NCBI GenBank assembly: GCA_963668695.2
Contig: CAXXLQ010000004.1
Coordinates: 928,001-992,000, forward strand
Direction of reading: 5' to 3'
Origin: Vicinamibacteria bacterium
Lineage (GTDB): Bacteria; Acidobacteriota; Vicinamibacteria; Marinacidobacterales; Marinacidobacteraceae
Length of the DNA stretch: 64,000 nt
Shown here: positions 19,401 through 29,185 of the stretch, piece by piece
Numbering within the stretch: position 1 is the stretch's first letter
Layout of the letters: each line of letters begins with the position of its first letter
Notes under the pieces: model-generated
What the model was told of the DNA's origin: nothing
Databases searched by the model: none
What the model saw: the letters and a program-made list of their open reading frames with translations, nothing else
Translations under genes and position numbers: made by a program

Positions 19401-20531
19401 GTGATTCGTCGTCCTCTCTGGCTAGACCGGATTCGTCAGGCGTGGTCCCGACGGCCGATCGTCTGGCTCTCCGGCGTGCGGCGGGTGGGGAAGACGACGC
19501 TGTCCCGGATGTTTCCACACGCAATCCACCGGAACTGCGACCGCCCCGCCGTCGCTCGGGAGTTGGCGGACCCGGAGCTGTTTCTTGGCAGCCAGCGTCC
19601 GGGGGCGACCATCGTGTTGGACGAGGTCCACCGCCTCCCAGACCCGAGCCTCGTGCTCAAGATCGCCGCGGACGAGTACCCGGGGCTCCGGGTGCTGGCC
19701 ACCGGTTCCTCGACGCTGTCCGCCACCGGCAAATTCCGGGACTCGCTGACCGGGCGGAAGGAGGCAGTCCATCTGTCTCCGGTCCTGTGGGAAGAGTGCG
19801 CCGAACCCTTCGGCGTGGGGGATTTCGACCGCCGGCTGCTCCACGGCGGGTTGCCCGAGGCGCTCCTTGGGGAGGAGAAGCGTCGCTCCGCCTTCAGTGA
19901 ATGGATGGACAGCTTTTACGCGCGGGACATTCTGGAGTTGTTCCGGGTCCGGAACCGCCAGGGCTTCCTGTCGCTGTTCCGGCTCCTGCTCCGCTGGAGT
20001 GGAGGGCAGCTCGATGGGAGCCGGCTCGCCCGCCAGTCCGAATTGAGCCAGCCGACGGTCAAGGCGTATCTCGAAGCGCTGCAGACCGCCCACGCGGTGT
20101 ACCTCGTGCGCCCGTTTCACGGCGGCGGCAGCCGCGAGATCGTGGCCCGGCCCAAGGGCTACGCCTTCGATACCGGGTTCATCACCTTCGAAAAGGGCTG
20201 GGACACCCTGCGGGCAGAGGACCGCGGCATCCTGTGGGAGCATCTGGTGCTCGACGCGCTGCGATTCCGGCACTCCGAGGATGGCATCTTCTACTGGCGC
20301 GACAAGGCCGGCCGGGAGGTGGATTTCGTCATCCGCCGCGGGCGGGACCGCGTGGATCTCGTCGAGTGCAAGATGGACCCCGATGAACTCGACGGCACGG
20401 CGGTCCGCGCCTTCCGCGCGATCTATCCGTCAGGCGAGAACTTCCTCGCGTCTCCGGCGGCGAAGGAGCCCTACCGGATCCGACGGCGCGATCAGGTGTT
20501 CACCGTCTGTCCGGTGGACGCAATCGTCTGA
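19401..20531 (+). CDS. AAA+ ATPase (AAA_14) with DUF4143 domain
   Basis: GVRRVGKTT, LDEVH, ATGSS, DSLTGR, YWRDKAGREVDFV, VECK. Confidence 0.92.
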   Translation: MIRRPLWLDRIRQAWSRRPIVWLSGVRRVGKTTLSRMFPHAIHRNCDRPAVARELADPELFLGSQRPGATIVLDEVHRLPDPSLVLKIAADEYPGLRVLATGSSTLSATGKFRDSLTGRKEAVHLSPVLWEECAEPFGVGDFDRRLLHGGLPEALLGEEKRRSAFSEWMDSFYARDILELFRVRNRQGFLSLFRLLLRWSGGQLDGSRLARQSELSQPTVKAYLEALQTAHAVYLVRPFHGGGSREIVARPKGYAFDTGFITFEKGWDTLRAEDRGILWEHLVLDALRFRHSEDGIFYWRDKAGREVDFVIRRGRDRVDLVECKMDPDELDGTAVRAFRAIYPSGENFLASPAAKEPYRIRRRDQVFTVCPVDAIV

Positions 20532-20703
20532 TCTAGCAGCGCCCACCGGCGGACCGGCGCTCAGAAGACGATCCGCAGACCGAGCTGGGCTCGCCGCTGG
20601 GCGCCCACCCGGGCGGACCCGAGCCCGAACTCGGGATTCGGCGCCCCGTCATCAAGCACCGGCTCCTGCTGGTCGGAGCCCGACACCCGGAAGGTCGCGG
20701 TGT

Positions 20704-20888
20704 TAACAGCCTGTGGTGAAACCCAGGCGGCGTTCGAGCGGCGATGCATCCCGGCTGAACCGCGTCGCTTCGCGCCGCTCATCGTTGCGTTTCGGTCGAA
20801 ATACACCAGGTATTCCTCCCTCACGCGCCTTGTCAGCCGGGCGCCTCGCCGCTCTCGGCGCTCACCCGGGTTCCACCACAGGCTGTTA
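20704..20888. mobile_element. MITE-like element, copy 3 (adds 183 bp in frame)
   Basis: TAACAGCCTGTGG...CCACAGGCTGTTA; TTAA at 20703 and 20886. Confidence 0.9.
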
Positions 20889-21310
20889 AGCACATTGAAG
20901 ACCTCGAACAGCGCTTCGAGTTGAGCGCCGCCCAGGTCAAAGCGTTTCGTGAGCCGGAAATCGAAGTTCGTCCAGGCGTCGTTGCGCTCGCCGTTCACCG
21001 GCGCGAGCTCGCCGCCGACGACCGCACGCGTCTGAGGGCCGTAGGGGCCGACGTAGAAACCCGGGTGGTTGTGGAAGCCCACCGCCGGGTCCGGCGCGGT
21101 GTAGGGGGATCCCGACTGGGCGGTCAGGATGCCGCTCACCAGGATGTCGAGCGGAAGGGTGAAGATCCCGCTCGCCACGAAGCGGTGCGGAATGTCGCGG
21201 CTCGAGAGGCCCCAGTCGTAGTCGGGATCCGCAGGATCGGTGAGGGTCAGATCCCCGGAGGAGCGTTCGTTGTCGTCGTTGGAACGGTCGCGGGACCAGG
21301 TGTAGTGGGC

Positions 21311-21370
21311 CTGGAACTGCCTGGAACTGCCTGGAACTGCCTGGAACTGCCTGGAACTGCCTGGAACTGG
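21311..21370. repeat. 10-bp tandem repeat x6 (CTGGAACTGC)
   Basis: Directly visible; breaks the frame at GIQFQA|HYTW. Confidence 0.95.
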
Positions 21371-21802
21371 ATGCCGTCCCGGAAGCGCCGCCGGAGGGCC
21401 GCGGTGAGCGCCACGTAGTCCGAACGCGCCAGCGCGTCCCGCACCAGGATCGTCCCGTAGTTCGGGTCGATCCGCTCCCCGGAATAGACCGGGCGGCCGT
21501 GGGCGTCCCGCGAGGGCGCCGGTACGGGCTCTGGCCGCGCTCGAGGTCCACAAGTTCGACGTTCACGCCCGGCGCGGCAGCGCCGCTGCGTCAGTGACGA
21601 AACTCTGCACCGTGGAGAGCGATTGCACGGCGCCCGCCGGACCGGCGATCGAAAGGGCCGGCGCGAGGCCGGCGATCAAGGATTTGGCTTTGGACACTGT
21701 CACTCCTGCGACGCGATCCGGAGAAGGGGAACCCCCACTCAGCCCGCGCGGCGCCGGTATCCTCGACTCGGGACGGTTCCAATTCAAGGGAAATCGCAAG
21801 AC

Positions 21803-22576
21803 ATGTCGAACAACAACAGATTGGATCACCGGGTCGCCGTGGTAACCGGCGCTGCCGCCGGGATCGGCCGGGCTACCGCGGAACTCTTTGCCGAAGAGGG
21901 CGCCCAAGTCGTGCTCGCTGACATCGCCGGGGAGGCGCTCGAGCGGGTGGCCGCCGCGATTCGCGATTCGGGTGGGTCGGCGACAGCGGTGGTCGCCGAC
22001 GTTTCCACAGAAGAAGGCGTCGAGACGACCGTGGGGACCGCGGAGCGCGGGTTCGGCCCGGTGGATGTCCTCGTGAACAACGCGGGCGTCGAACTGAAGA
22101 AGCTCGTCGAGGACACGAGCCTCGAGGAGTGGAACCGCATCCTTCGTACGAACCTGACGTCGGCGTTCCTGATGTCCCGCCGGGTGGTGCCCGGCATGAA
22201 GGAGCGGCGGCGCGGCGCGATCGTCATGAACTCGTCGGTCGGGAACTTCATCGCGGCGACCAGGAGTTCCGCTTACGGGGCGTCGAAGGCCGGAATGATG
22301 GCGCTCGCGCGGGGACTGGCGCTCGAGGGCGCGCCCTACGGAATCCGGGTGAACGCGGTTTGCCCTGGCGTCATCGACACCCCGATGAACGAGCGGAATC
22401 TGGCGCGGACCGAGGATCCGGAGGCGATGCGCCGTTCCTGGTACGACGTCACACCGCTCGGGCGGCTCGGCACCCCGCGCGATGTCGCCCAGTCCATCCT
22501 CTTCCTGTCGTGCGACGAATCGAGCTTCGTGACGGGGTTGCCGCTGGTTATCGACGGCGGCCGATTGATCCAGTAA
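21803..22576 (+). CDS. Short-chain dehydrogenase/reductase (FabG-like)
   Basis: TGAAAGIG, NNAG, YGASK, IRVNAVCPG, DGG. Confidence 0.93.
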   Translation: MSNNNRLDHRVAVVTGAAAGIGRATAELFAEEGAQVVLADIAGEALERVAAAIRDSGGSATAVVADVSTEEGVETTVGTAERGFGPVDVLVNNAGVELKKLVEDTSLEEWNRILRTNLTSAFLMSRRVVPGMKERRRGAIVMNSSVGNFIAATRSSAYGASKAGMMALARGLALEGAPYGIRVNAVCPGVIDTPMNERNLARTEDPEAMRRSWYDVTPLGRLGTPRDVAQSILFLSCDESSFVTGLPLVIDGGRLIQ

Positions 22577-22625
22577 CGTATTCGTTACTATTAGCACAAT
22601 CCCATAGAGTAACGAATACGTTACT
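22572..22625. promoter_or_regulatory. Pair of 18-bp palindromic operators
   Basis: AGTAACGTATTCGTTACT (22572-22589) and its exact reverse complement AGTAACGAATACGTTACT (22608-22625) in an AT-rich patch before an HTH gene. Confidence 0.75.
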
Positions 22626-22635
22626 ATGCGAAGTC

Positions 22636-22956
22636 GTGATCCGGCGCACGTTCCGCAAGTCAATTCGCGCCCGCGCCGTCCGGGATCCGGCGTTTCGGTC
22701 CTCGCTGCTGGAATCCGGCTTCGACGCGCTGCTGGCCGGAGATCTCGCCGCGTTTCGCAGCGGCCTCCGCACCTATGTGAACGCGACGCTGGGGTTTTCT
22801 CGCCTCGCGGATCGCACCGGCATCCCGGAAAAGAGCCTGATGCGCATGCTGGGGCCGAACGGCAACCCCCGGGCGGCCCACCTGGCAACGCTGATCGGGG
22901 CGATCTCGGAGCACGAAGGGGTCGAAATCTCCGCCCGCATCACCGAACCGGAGTAG
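22636..22956 (+). CDS. Addiction-module antidote-type HTH regulator (no cognate toxin adjacent)
   Basis: YVNATLGFSRLADRTGIPEKSLMRMLGPNGNPRA. Confidence 0.8.
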   Translation: MIRRTFRKSIRARAVRDPAFRSSLLESGFDALLAGDLAAFRSGLRTYVNATLGFSRLADRTGIPEKSLMRMLGPNGNPRAAHLATLIGAISEHEGVEISARITEPE

Positions 22957-22976
22957 GAAGGGAACGCCCCGATTGT

Positions 22977-23005
22977 TTGACACGAAGTTCGTGTTTTCGT
23001 ATTCT
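22977..23005 (+). promoter_or_regulatory. Sigma70-like promoter with overlapping operator; probably leaderless transcript
   Basis: TTGACA-17bp-TATTCT; palindrome ACACGAAGTTCGTGT overlaps the -35 box; ATG at 23012. Confidence 0.7.
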
Positions 23006-23011
23006 CGTGTC

Positions 23012-23335
23012 ATGAGGAACATCACCATCACGCTGCCTGAGGAATGCGCCCGTTGGGTGCGCGTGCGCGCCGCCCAGGAAGACCGCAGCGTCTCGCGCTG
23101 GCTGGCCGAGCTCCTCGACGGGATGCGCCGTCGAGAAGACGACTATGACGCCGCCATGGAACGCCTGCTGGCGATCAAGCCTCAGAAACTGAACTGGATC
23201 GCCGGACGAAGACCCACCCGGGAGGAGATCTACGACCGGCCGATTCTGCATCGCGACCGGACACCGGTCGCCGAACCGGCCGCCAAGGGTGAAACCGAAG
23301 AGAAGCCGGAGTCCGAGGCGGCGCAAGTTCCGTGA
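23012..23335 (+). CDS. CopG/RHH-type antitoxin
   Basis: MRNITITLPEE...AAQEDRSVSRWL...PTREEIYDR; GTGA overlap with the PIN gene. Confidence 0.85.
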   Translation: MRNITITLPEECARWVRVRAAQEDRSVSRWLAELLDGMRRREDDYDAAMERLLAIKPQKLNWIAGRRPTREEIYDRPILHRDRTPVAEPAAKGETEEKPESEAAQVP

Positions 23336-23793
23336 TCGGTCCCGTCTTCGTGGACATCAACGTCCTCGTCTATTGGCAGGACACCTCGGACCCGGTGAAG
23401 CAGTCCCGCGCGGGAGACTGGGTTGACCTGGTTTCCCGGAGTCGGTCCGCGCGGACGAGCGGCCAGATCCTCGTGGAGCTCTATTCGACGCTGACGCGCA
23501 AACTGCAGGGGTTCAGCACCGAAAAAGCGCAGCGGATCGTTCGCGGCGTCGCCGCCTGGCGGCCCGTGGCTCGGGATCTGGCGCTAATCGAGCGCGCCTG
23601 GCGCCTGCAGGAGCGCTATGCGCTCTTGTGGTGGGACGCGCTCATCGTCGCGGCGGCGCAGAGCAGCGGGTGCGCCGTCCTGCTGACGGAAGACCTCCAG
23701 CACGGCCAGCGGCTGGGGGAGGTCACGGTGATCAACCCGTTCCGCTCACCCGAGAGGACCCCCGCCGAAGTGCTGGAGGCACTCGCCGCGTAG
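23332..23793 (+). CDS. PIN-domain (VapC-like) toxin
   Basis: VFVDINVLVY, WWDALIVAAA, LLTEDLQHG, VINPF. Confidence 0.9.
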   Translation: MIGPVFVDINVLVYWQDTSDPVKQSRAGDWVDLVSRSRSARTSGQILVELYSTLTRKLQGFSTEKAQRIVRGVAAWRPVARDLALIERAWRLQERYALLWWDALIVAAAQSSGCAVLLTEDLQHGQRLGEVTVINPFRSPERTPAEVLEALAA

Positions 23794-23801
23794 TGCGCGC
23801 C

Positions 23802-25482
23802 ATGCGGCTCGGAAGCGCGGAAGCGTGGGCGCTCGGGGTTTCGACGGTCGTGGCGTGCGGCGCGGGTGCCTCCTGCTTTCCGGATGGCGGCCGCCACGCC
23901 GACCTCGTCGTCCTGGATGCCAACGTCCTCACCGTGGACGCGGACTTCACCGTGGCCGAAGCCCTGGCGGTCCGGGACGGTCGGGTCCTGGCCGTAGGTT
24001 CGGACGCGGACATCCGGAACCTCATCGGACCGGACACCGAAGTCATTGAAATGGCGGGTAAAACGGTCGACCCCCGGCCTCGCCGACAATCACCTTCACG
24101 GCGCCGGCGGCGGGGACGGCGTGGACCTCTCCCGGGTCCGCACCATGGACGAGCTGCTCGGGGCGATCGCCGAACGCGCCCGGACCTCCGGCCCCGGCGA
24201 ACTGGTCGCCACGAACTCCGACTGGCACGAGGGGCAACTTCAGGAGCAGCGGCTCCCCCTGCGGCGGGATCTCGACGAGGCGGCGCCGGGAAACCCGGTG
24301 GTCGTGGTCCGGGGCGGCCACGAGTACATCCTGAACTCGCAGGCCCTCGAGAAGTGGGGCATCACCACCGATACCCCGGTCCCGGACGGCGGGCGCGTCA
24401 CCCGCTATCCGGACGGCGCGCTGAACGGGGAACTGGTGGACACCGCCAAGCGGCTCGTCACCATGCCGGAGCGCCCGTCCCGGGATCTCGAAACCCGCAT
24501 CCGGGACCAGGTCGAGGAGTACCGGACCCTTCACTCCGTGGGCCTGACCAGCGTCCGTCATCCCGGGAGCGGCATCGAGCAGTTCCGGCTGCTCGAGGAG
24601 ATGAAGCGGCGGGGATTGCTCACCATGCGGGTGACCTTCCTGATGCGCATGCGCGCTCGCACCGCGGATGAGGTGGACGCCGCGCTCGCTGCATGGGATC
24701 TCGAACCCCAGCAGGGCGACGAATGGCTACGCCTCGGCGGGGTGAAGCTGGGCGTGGACGGGGGATTCGAGGGCGGCCTGATGCGCGAGCCGTACGAGGA
24801 ACCCTGGGGACAGGGAGGAACGTTCCACGGGCTCCGGACGATGCCGCAGACGGCGTTCAACGAAGTCGTGGTTCGCCTGGCCGAGAAGGGCTGGCGGGTA
24901 GCCACCCACGCGGTGGGGGACCTGGCGATCGACCAGGTGCTGGAAGGCTACGTGGCCGCCAACGAGGTGGCGCCGCTCGCGGGCAAGCGCTGGGCAATCG
25001 AGCACGGGTTCATCCCTCGTCCCGACCATTTCCCGACCATCAACCGGCTCGGGTTGCTGGTCGCCGGCCAGCACCACCTCTATCTCGCCGGTCCCAGCCT
25101 CGAGAAGTACTGGGGCCGGGAACGGGCCGACTGGACGACCCCGATGCGCGCCTATCTGGACGCCGGGGTGATGGTCTCGGCCGGCACCGACGCGCCGGTC
25201 GTGCCCTATCCGCCCCTCTGGGTGCTGCACCACTTCGTCACCCGCGAGACGATCAGCGGCGGGGTGTTCGGGGAGGATCAGCGGGTGAGCGTGGAGGAAG
25301 GCCTCCGACTCCTCACCGAAAACGTCGCCTACCTGAACTTCGAGGAAGACCTGAAAGGCTCCCTCGAACCCGGGAAGCTGGCCGACTTCGTGGTCCTCTC
25401 AGCCGATCCCCGCGAGGTCCCCGCGGACGAGATCCAGGTGGAGATGACGGTGGTGGGCGGGCGAAACGGTGTTCGGCGCTGA
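23802..25482 (+). pseudogene. Amidohydrolase_3 (YtcJ-like) with a +1 frameshift at ~24070 (real or sequencing error)
   Basis: N-part AEALAVRDGRVLAVG...MAGKTV and C-part PGLADNHLH, THAVGD, IEHG, GTDAP, GSLEPGKLADFVVL are in different frames at a C5 run. Confidence 0.8.
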
Positions 25483-25487
25483 ATCGC

Positions 25488-27624
25488 TCAGGGGGCGCTG
25501 ACCGAAACCGCAGCGCGCGCCATGGCGATCCCGGAGGCCGAAGCCATCGCGTCGTAGTAGCCGACAAAGCGCCGGGTTTCCGGGGCGTCGTAGGGGCGCA
25601 GGTTTTCGGCCCAGCGGTATCCGATGGACTGATACCAGAGGGCCACCTCCACGGTGAGCGGGCCCCGGGCCCCGGCCAGATCCACCGAGTAGCGGACCCG
25701 ATCCCCGCCGGCAGCGAAGTCCGCGTCCGCGCCGGCGCGCCCGTGGACCGCGATGTCCGGCCCGGCGGCCGCCTTGTCGAACCCGGTGGGTAGCAGCCGG
25801 TTGTCCTTGACGTAGCGCACGCCGTGGAGGAGGCCCGTCGTGACCGCATCGGTGCTGTCAACCAGAATGGATTCGTAGATCTGGACCTCACCGGCCTCGG
25901 TGATCGCTTCGTAGTGCGGTTCGTAGGCGCGGGGGTTGGCGTCGTTGTCGTTGCCCTCGATCTGCCCGTCCGGGCCGAGGGCCCCCGATTGGAAGAGAAC
26001 TGCTCCGCCCGCATCGCGGACCGTCAACTCCAGCCAGACCCGCCGTGACGGGTAGGCGGTCGGCAGCTTGTGACCGGCGAGGCTTTCGATGACGACCTCA
26101 GCTTCGAGACGGCCCGCTTCGATCCGCGCACCCTCGATCCGGACGCGGGCGCTTTCCTTTTGCAGATGCTCGCGGGCATCCCGGGCCGCGAGCTCCAACT
26201 CCTGCGGCAGGGCTTCGACGCCGAGTTCGGTGCGGTAGCGCAGGAGCATCCGCAACATGAAGGCGTTGCCGCCGCGGAACGAGTGCCGCGAAAGACCCTC
26301 CCGTTCCTCGCCGAGCACCGAACTGATCGGCGCCGGCGTCTCGACCTCCGGCATGTGGCAGTCCTGGCAGGACTGCCGGGTCCGATAGTCGCTCGCGAGC
26401 CACTCCTGATAGGGCGTCTGCTCGGGCAGTTCGCCGATGACCTCGCCGTCCGGCCCCAGCGCGTGGGTGATCAGGGTGTGGCAGGTGGCGCAGAGTTCCG
26501 AATCCTGAATGTGCGAAGCCTCGGTCTGCCGAAAACCCGTCGTCGACTGCATCAGCCGGATCCGGTTGTCCTCGATCTCGAAGGGGCCGAAGATGGCCCG
26601 CTCGCCGTCGGGCCGCTCGGTGTCAATCCGGAAGTTGCCGGTGAGGCTCGCCTCGGTCCCCAGCCCCTCGTCGGTGATCTGGTGGCAAAGCGCGCAGGAC
26701 ACGCCGTCCGCGGCGAGCAGGCCCTGTGGGGTGGAGGCCGAACCGATCGGCAGGTGTTCGAAAACGGTCCCGAGGCCGCCGCCGGCATTCGCCTGGTAGC
26801 GGGCCATCGGCATGTGGCACTTGGAGCATTCATCCTCGATGGCGGCGGCGGCTTCCGGATGGTCCATCGTTTCGCGCCGGACCGCCGCTTGCCAGTACGG
26901 ATCGCGCGCCGAGTTGGCCATCATGGAGGCCCGCCAGTCGAATCCGATCGAGACGTCCTCCCCGGTGGCAGTGGTGAGTCCGTTGTGACAGGCGAGGCAG
27001 GATTGGCTGGTGGTGAACAGATCCGCGGTGTGGACAGCGCGGGGCTCCGACTGGGCGGCGGCCGAAAACCCGGGCGAGCGGATGGCCAGGAGACCCAGCG
27101 CCCCCAGGACGATTCCCAGCGGTAACAGCCTGTGGTGGAACCCGGGTGAGCGCCGAGGTGGGCGAGGCCCAGTTCTCCCGGTGGGGCCAGTTCTCCCGGT
27201 GGGGGCCCGGCTGACAAGGCGCGTGAGGGAGGAATACCTGGTGTATTTCGACCGAAACGCAACGATGAGCGGCGCGAAGCGACGCGGTGAACAGCCGGTG
27301 GTGGAACCCACGTGAGCGCCGAGGCCGGGGAGGCCCAGTTCTCCCGGTGGGGCCAGTCCTCCCGGTGGGGGCCCGGCTGACAAGGCGCGTGAGGGAGGAG
27401 CCCCCACCGGGAGAACTGGCCCGCGTGTATTCCGACCGAAACGCAACGATGAGCGGCGCGAAGCGACGCGGTTCAGCCGGGATGGATCGCCGGCCGAGCC
27501 CCCACCGGGAGAACTGGGCCGCGTGGGTTTCATCACCGGTTGTTTGGCCGGGATGGATCGCCCGCCAGCCCCCACCGAACTGGGCCGCCTGGGTTTCAGC
27601 ACAGGCTGTTAACCAGCGAATCAC
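25488..27624 (-). CDS. Penta-heme c-type cytochrome whose signal-peptide region is interrupted by a nested MITE
   Basis: CLACH, CSKCH, CALCH, CATCH, CQDCH; removing the insert restores MIRWL|PLGIVLGALGLLA. Confidence 0.85.
27123..27611. mobile_element. MITE-like element, copy 4, with a second copy nested inside (~27290-27544)
   Basis: Outer TAACAGCCTGTGG...CACAGGCTGTTA; inner AACAGCCGGTGGTGGAACCC...TTTCATCACCGGTTGTT; two cores. Confidence 0.85.
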
Positions 27625-27630
27625 GGCGAA

Positions 27631-28746
27631 CTACCACCCATCGAAGAACCCTCCGTCGAACCAGTCCCAAAGCAGATAAGCCAACACCTGTGCGGACCGG
27701 CCGTCGGCCTCGCCGAGGGGGACGCGGACGCCGGCGTTCAGCAGGACGTGTTGCCGCGTGCTGAGGCTGAGCTGGATTTGAGGGATGGCGTCCCAGTGGG
27801 TGGTCCCGCCTTCGCCGAGGGTCCGCGCCGCGAGGATCTCGATCATGGGGGACCAGGCGCGGCCGAAACCATTTTGGGCGAAGGTGGTTCCAAGAGCCGT
27901 ACGCCAGAAGACTTCCCTCGGGAGTTCTCCGCCCGAAGGGAGCTCGAAACCCGCCTGGAAGTGCACAAAGCTGTCCCGCGGGAGGATCTGGCCGAAGGCG
28001 ACGAACGGTTCGAAGACGGTGACGCCGTCCCCGAGACCCCGCTCCCGGTCTCCGGTGGGGACGACGACTTCGCCGGCGGCGCTGAGGATCGAGCCGCTCT
28101 CCAGGCTGTGGAACAGCACCCGCTTGTAGGCGAAGGCCATGTCCCCGACCCCGCCGTTCCAGTCGCCCGACGGTTGTCCGAAGCGGAACGGCAGGAGCAC
28201 CTCGATCTGGTTCCGGGAACCGAAGCGCTTTTCGTAGAGGAACTCGCTCGTGATCTCGCCCGCCTCGCCGCCGTCCCGGCTGAGGGTCAATACGTACTCG
28301 TCTTCCGGAAAGGCCTTCTCGGTGGCGAGCGGCCGCGGCAGATTCAGCTCGCCCCGCGGCCAGGTGGGATCCTCGCAAAACACCCGGATGTGACGGAGGA
28401 TCCGCAGCGTCTCGTCCTCGCTGAGCGCGTCACCAAAGGCCGGCATCATGCGGTCGAAGGCGCGTACCGGCCCTCCTTCGTGAACGACCCAGAGCCAGTC
28501 GCCATCCGGCTCCCGCGAAGCGAAACTGCAGTCACTGAAGTCGGGTACCGGGGTGTCGAAGCCGAGGGTCGAAGCCGGGACACCCTTCCCGTCGCTGCCG
28601 TGGCAGGCGGCGCAGGCGGCCGTGTAGAGTTGGGCCCCGGTTTGCTGGGCGCTGACCTCCACCGCCTGGGCGAGGAGCGCGACCACGGGGAGGATTCCAA
28701 CCACGAGCCTCACGATCCGCGATCCGCGGCGAGGAGACGCCGGCAT
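27631..28746 (-). CDS. Mono-heme cytochrome c fused to a probable beta-barrel-like domain
   Basis: Signal peptide, CAACH, MMPAF; C-terminal alternating beta-strand pattern; start uncertain (28746 or 28713). Confidence 0.8.
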   Translation of the reverse strand: MPASPRRGSRIVRLVVGILPVVALLAQAVEVSAQQTGAQLYTAACAACHGSDGKGVPASTLGFDTPVPDFSDCSFASREPDGDWLWVVHEGGPVRAFDRMMPAFGDALSEDETLRILRHIRVFCEDPTWPRGELNLPRPLATEKAFPEDEYVLTLSRDGGEAGEITSEFLYEKRFGSRNQIEVLLPFRFGQPSGDWNGGVGDMAFAYKRVLFHSLESGSILSAAGEVVVPTGDRERGLGDGVTVFEPFVAFGQILPRDSFVHFQAGFELPSGGELPREVFWRTALGTTFAQNGFGRAWSPMIEILAARTLGEGGTTHWDAIPQIQLSLSTRQHVLLNAGVRVPLGEADGRSAQVLAYLLWDWFDGGFFDGW

Positions 28747-28762
28747 TCTGCGGCGTCTGATC

Positions 28763-29185
28763 GTGGTCATCCTGATGGTGGGAATACTGGGGACCGGAGC
28801 GGAACTCCTCCTGTTGGAGCATACCGAGGACATCTGGCAGTGGACGCCGCTGGTGCTCTTCGCGGTGGCGCTTCCAGCCGCCGGCTGGCTCCTCCTGGCC
28901 CCCGGCGCGGCGAACATTCGGGTCTTTCGGATCCTGATGCTGGCCTTCGTTGCTTCGGGTTTCGCCGGCCAGTGGCTCCACTACCGGGGAAATCTCGAGT
29001 TCGATCGCGAGATGCATCCGTCCGATACCCGGCTCGAACTCGTCCGGGATGCTCTTGGCGGCGCCACCCCGACGCTCGCGCCGGGGACGATGACGCTCTT
29101 CGGATTGCTCGGCCTGGTGGCCTGTTTTCGCCACCCCGAACTGGATGTAACCCAGCGGGCGAAAGCCCCACGGGAGGAAGCATGA
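28763..29185 (+). CDS. Hypothetical 4-TM membrane protein
   Basis: ELLLLEH, WLHYRGNLEF, PTLAPG; ATGA overlap with the next gene. Confidence 0.7.
   Translation: MVILMVGILGTGAELLLLEHTEDIWQWTPLVLFAVALPAAGWLLLAPGAANIRVFRILMLAFVASGFAGQWLHYRGNLEFDREMHPSDTRLELVRDALGGATPTLAPGTMTLFGLLGLVACFRHPELDVTQRAKAPREEA

Larger units (their letters stand above)
20561..21703 (-). pseudogene. Collapsed TonB-dependent receptor (signal peptide plus barrel C-terminus only)
   Basis: Signal-like VTVSKAKSLIAGLAPALSIA jumps to barrel strands HYTWSR, DIPHRFV, NFDFRLTKRF, EVFNVLN and terminal RRAQLGLRIVF; carries frameshifts, a MITE and a 10-bp repeat expansion. Confidence 0.8.

Noticed and set aside
24061-24080. Programmed frameshift or phase variation in the amidohydrolase
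   Set aside because: Only a C5 run with no slippery heptamer; a simple indel or sequencing error is more likely.
27748-29181. 715-aa plus-strand ORF 27748-29895
   Set aside because: Only the part from ATG 29182 is protein-like; the rest is antisense to the cytochrome gene or overlaps another gene out of frame.
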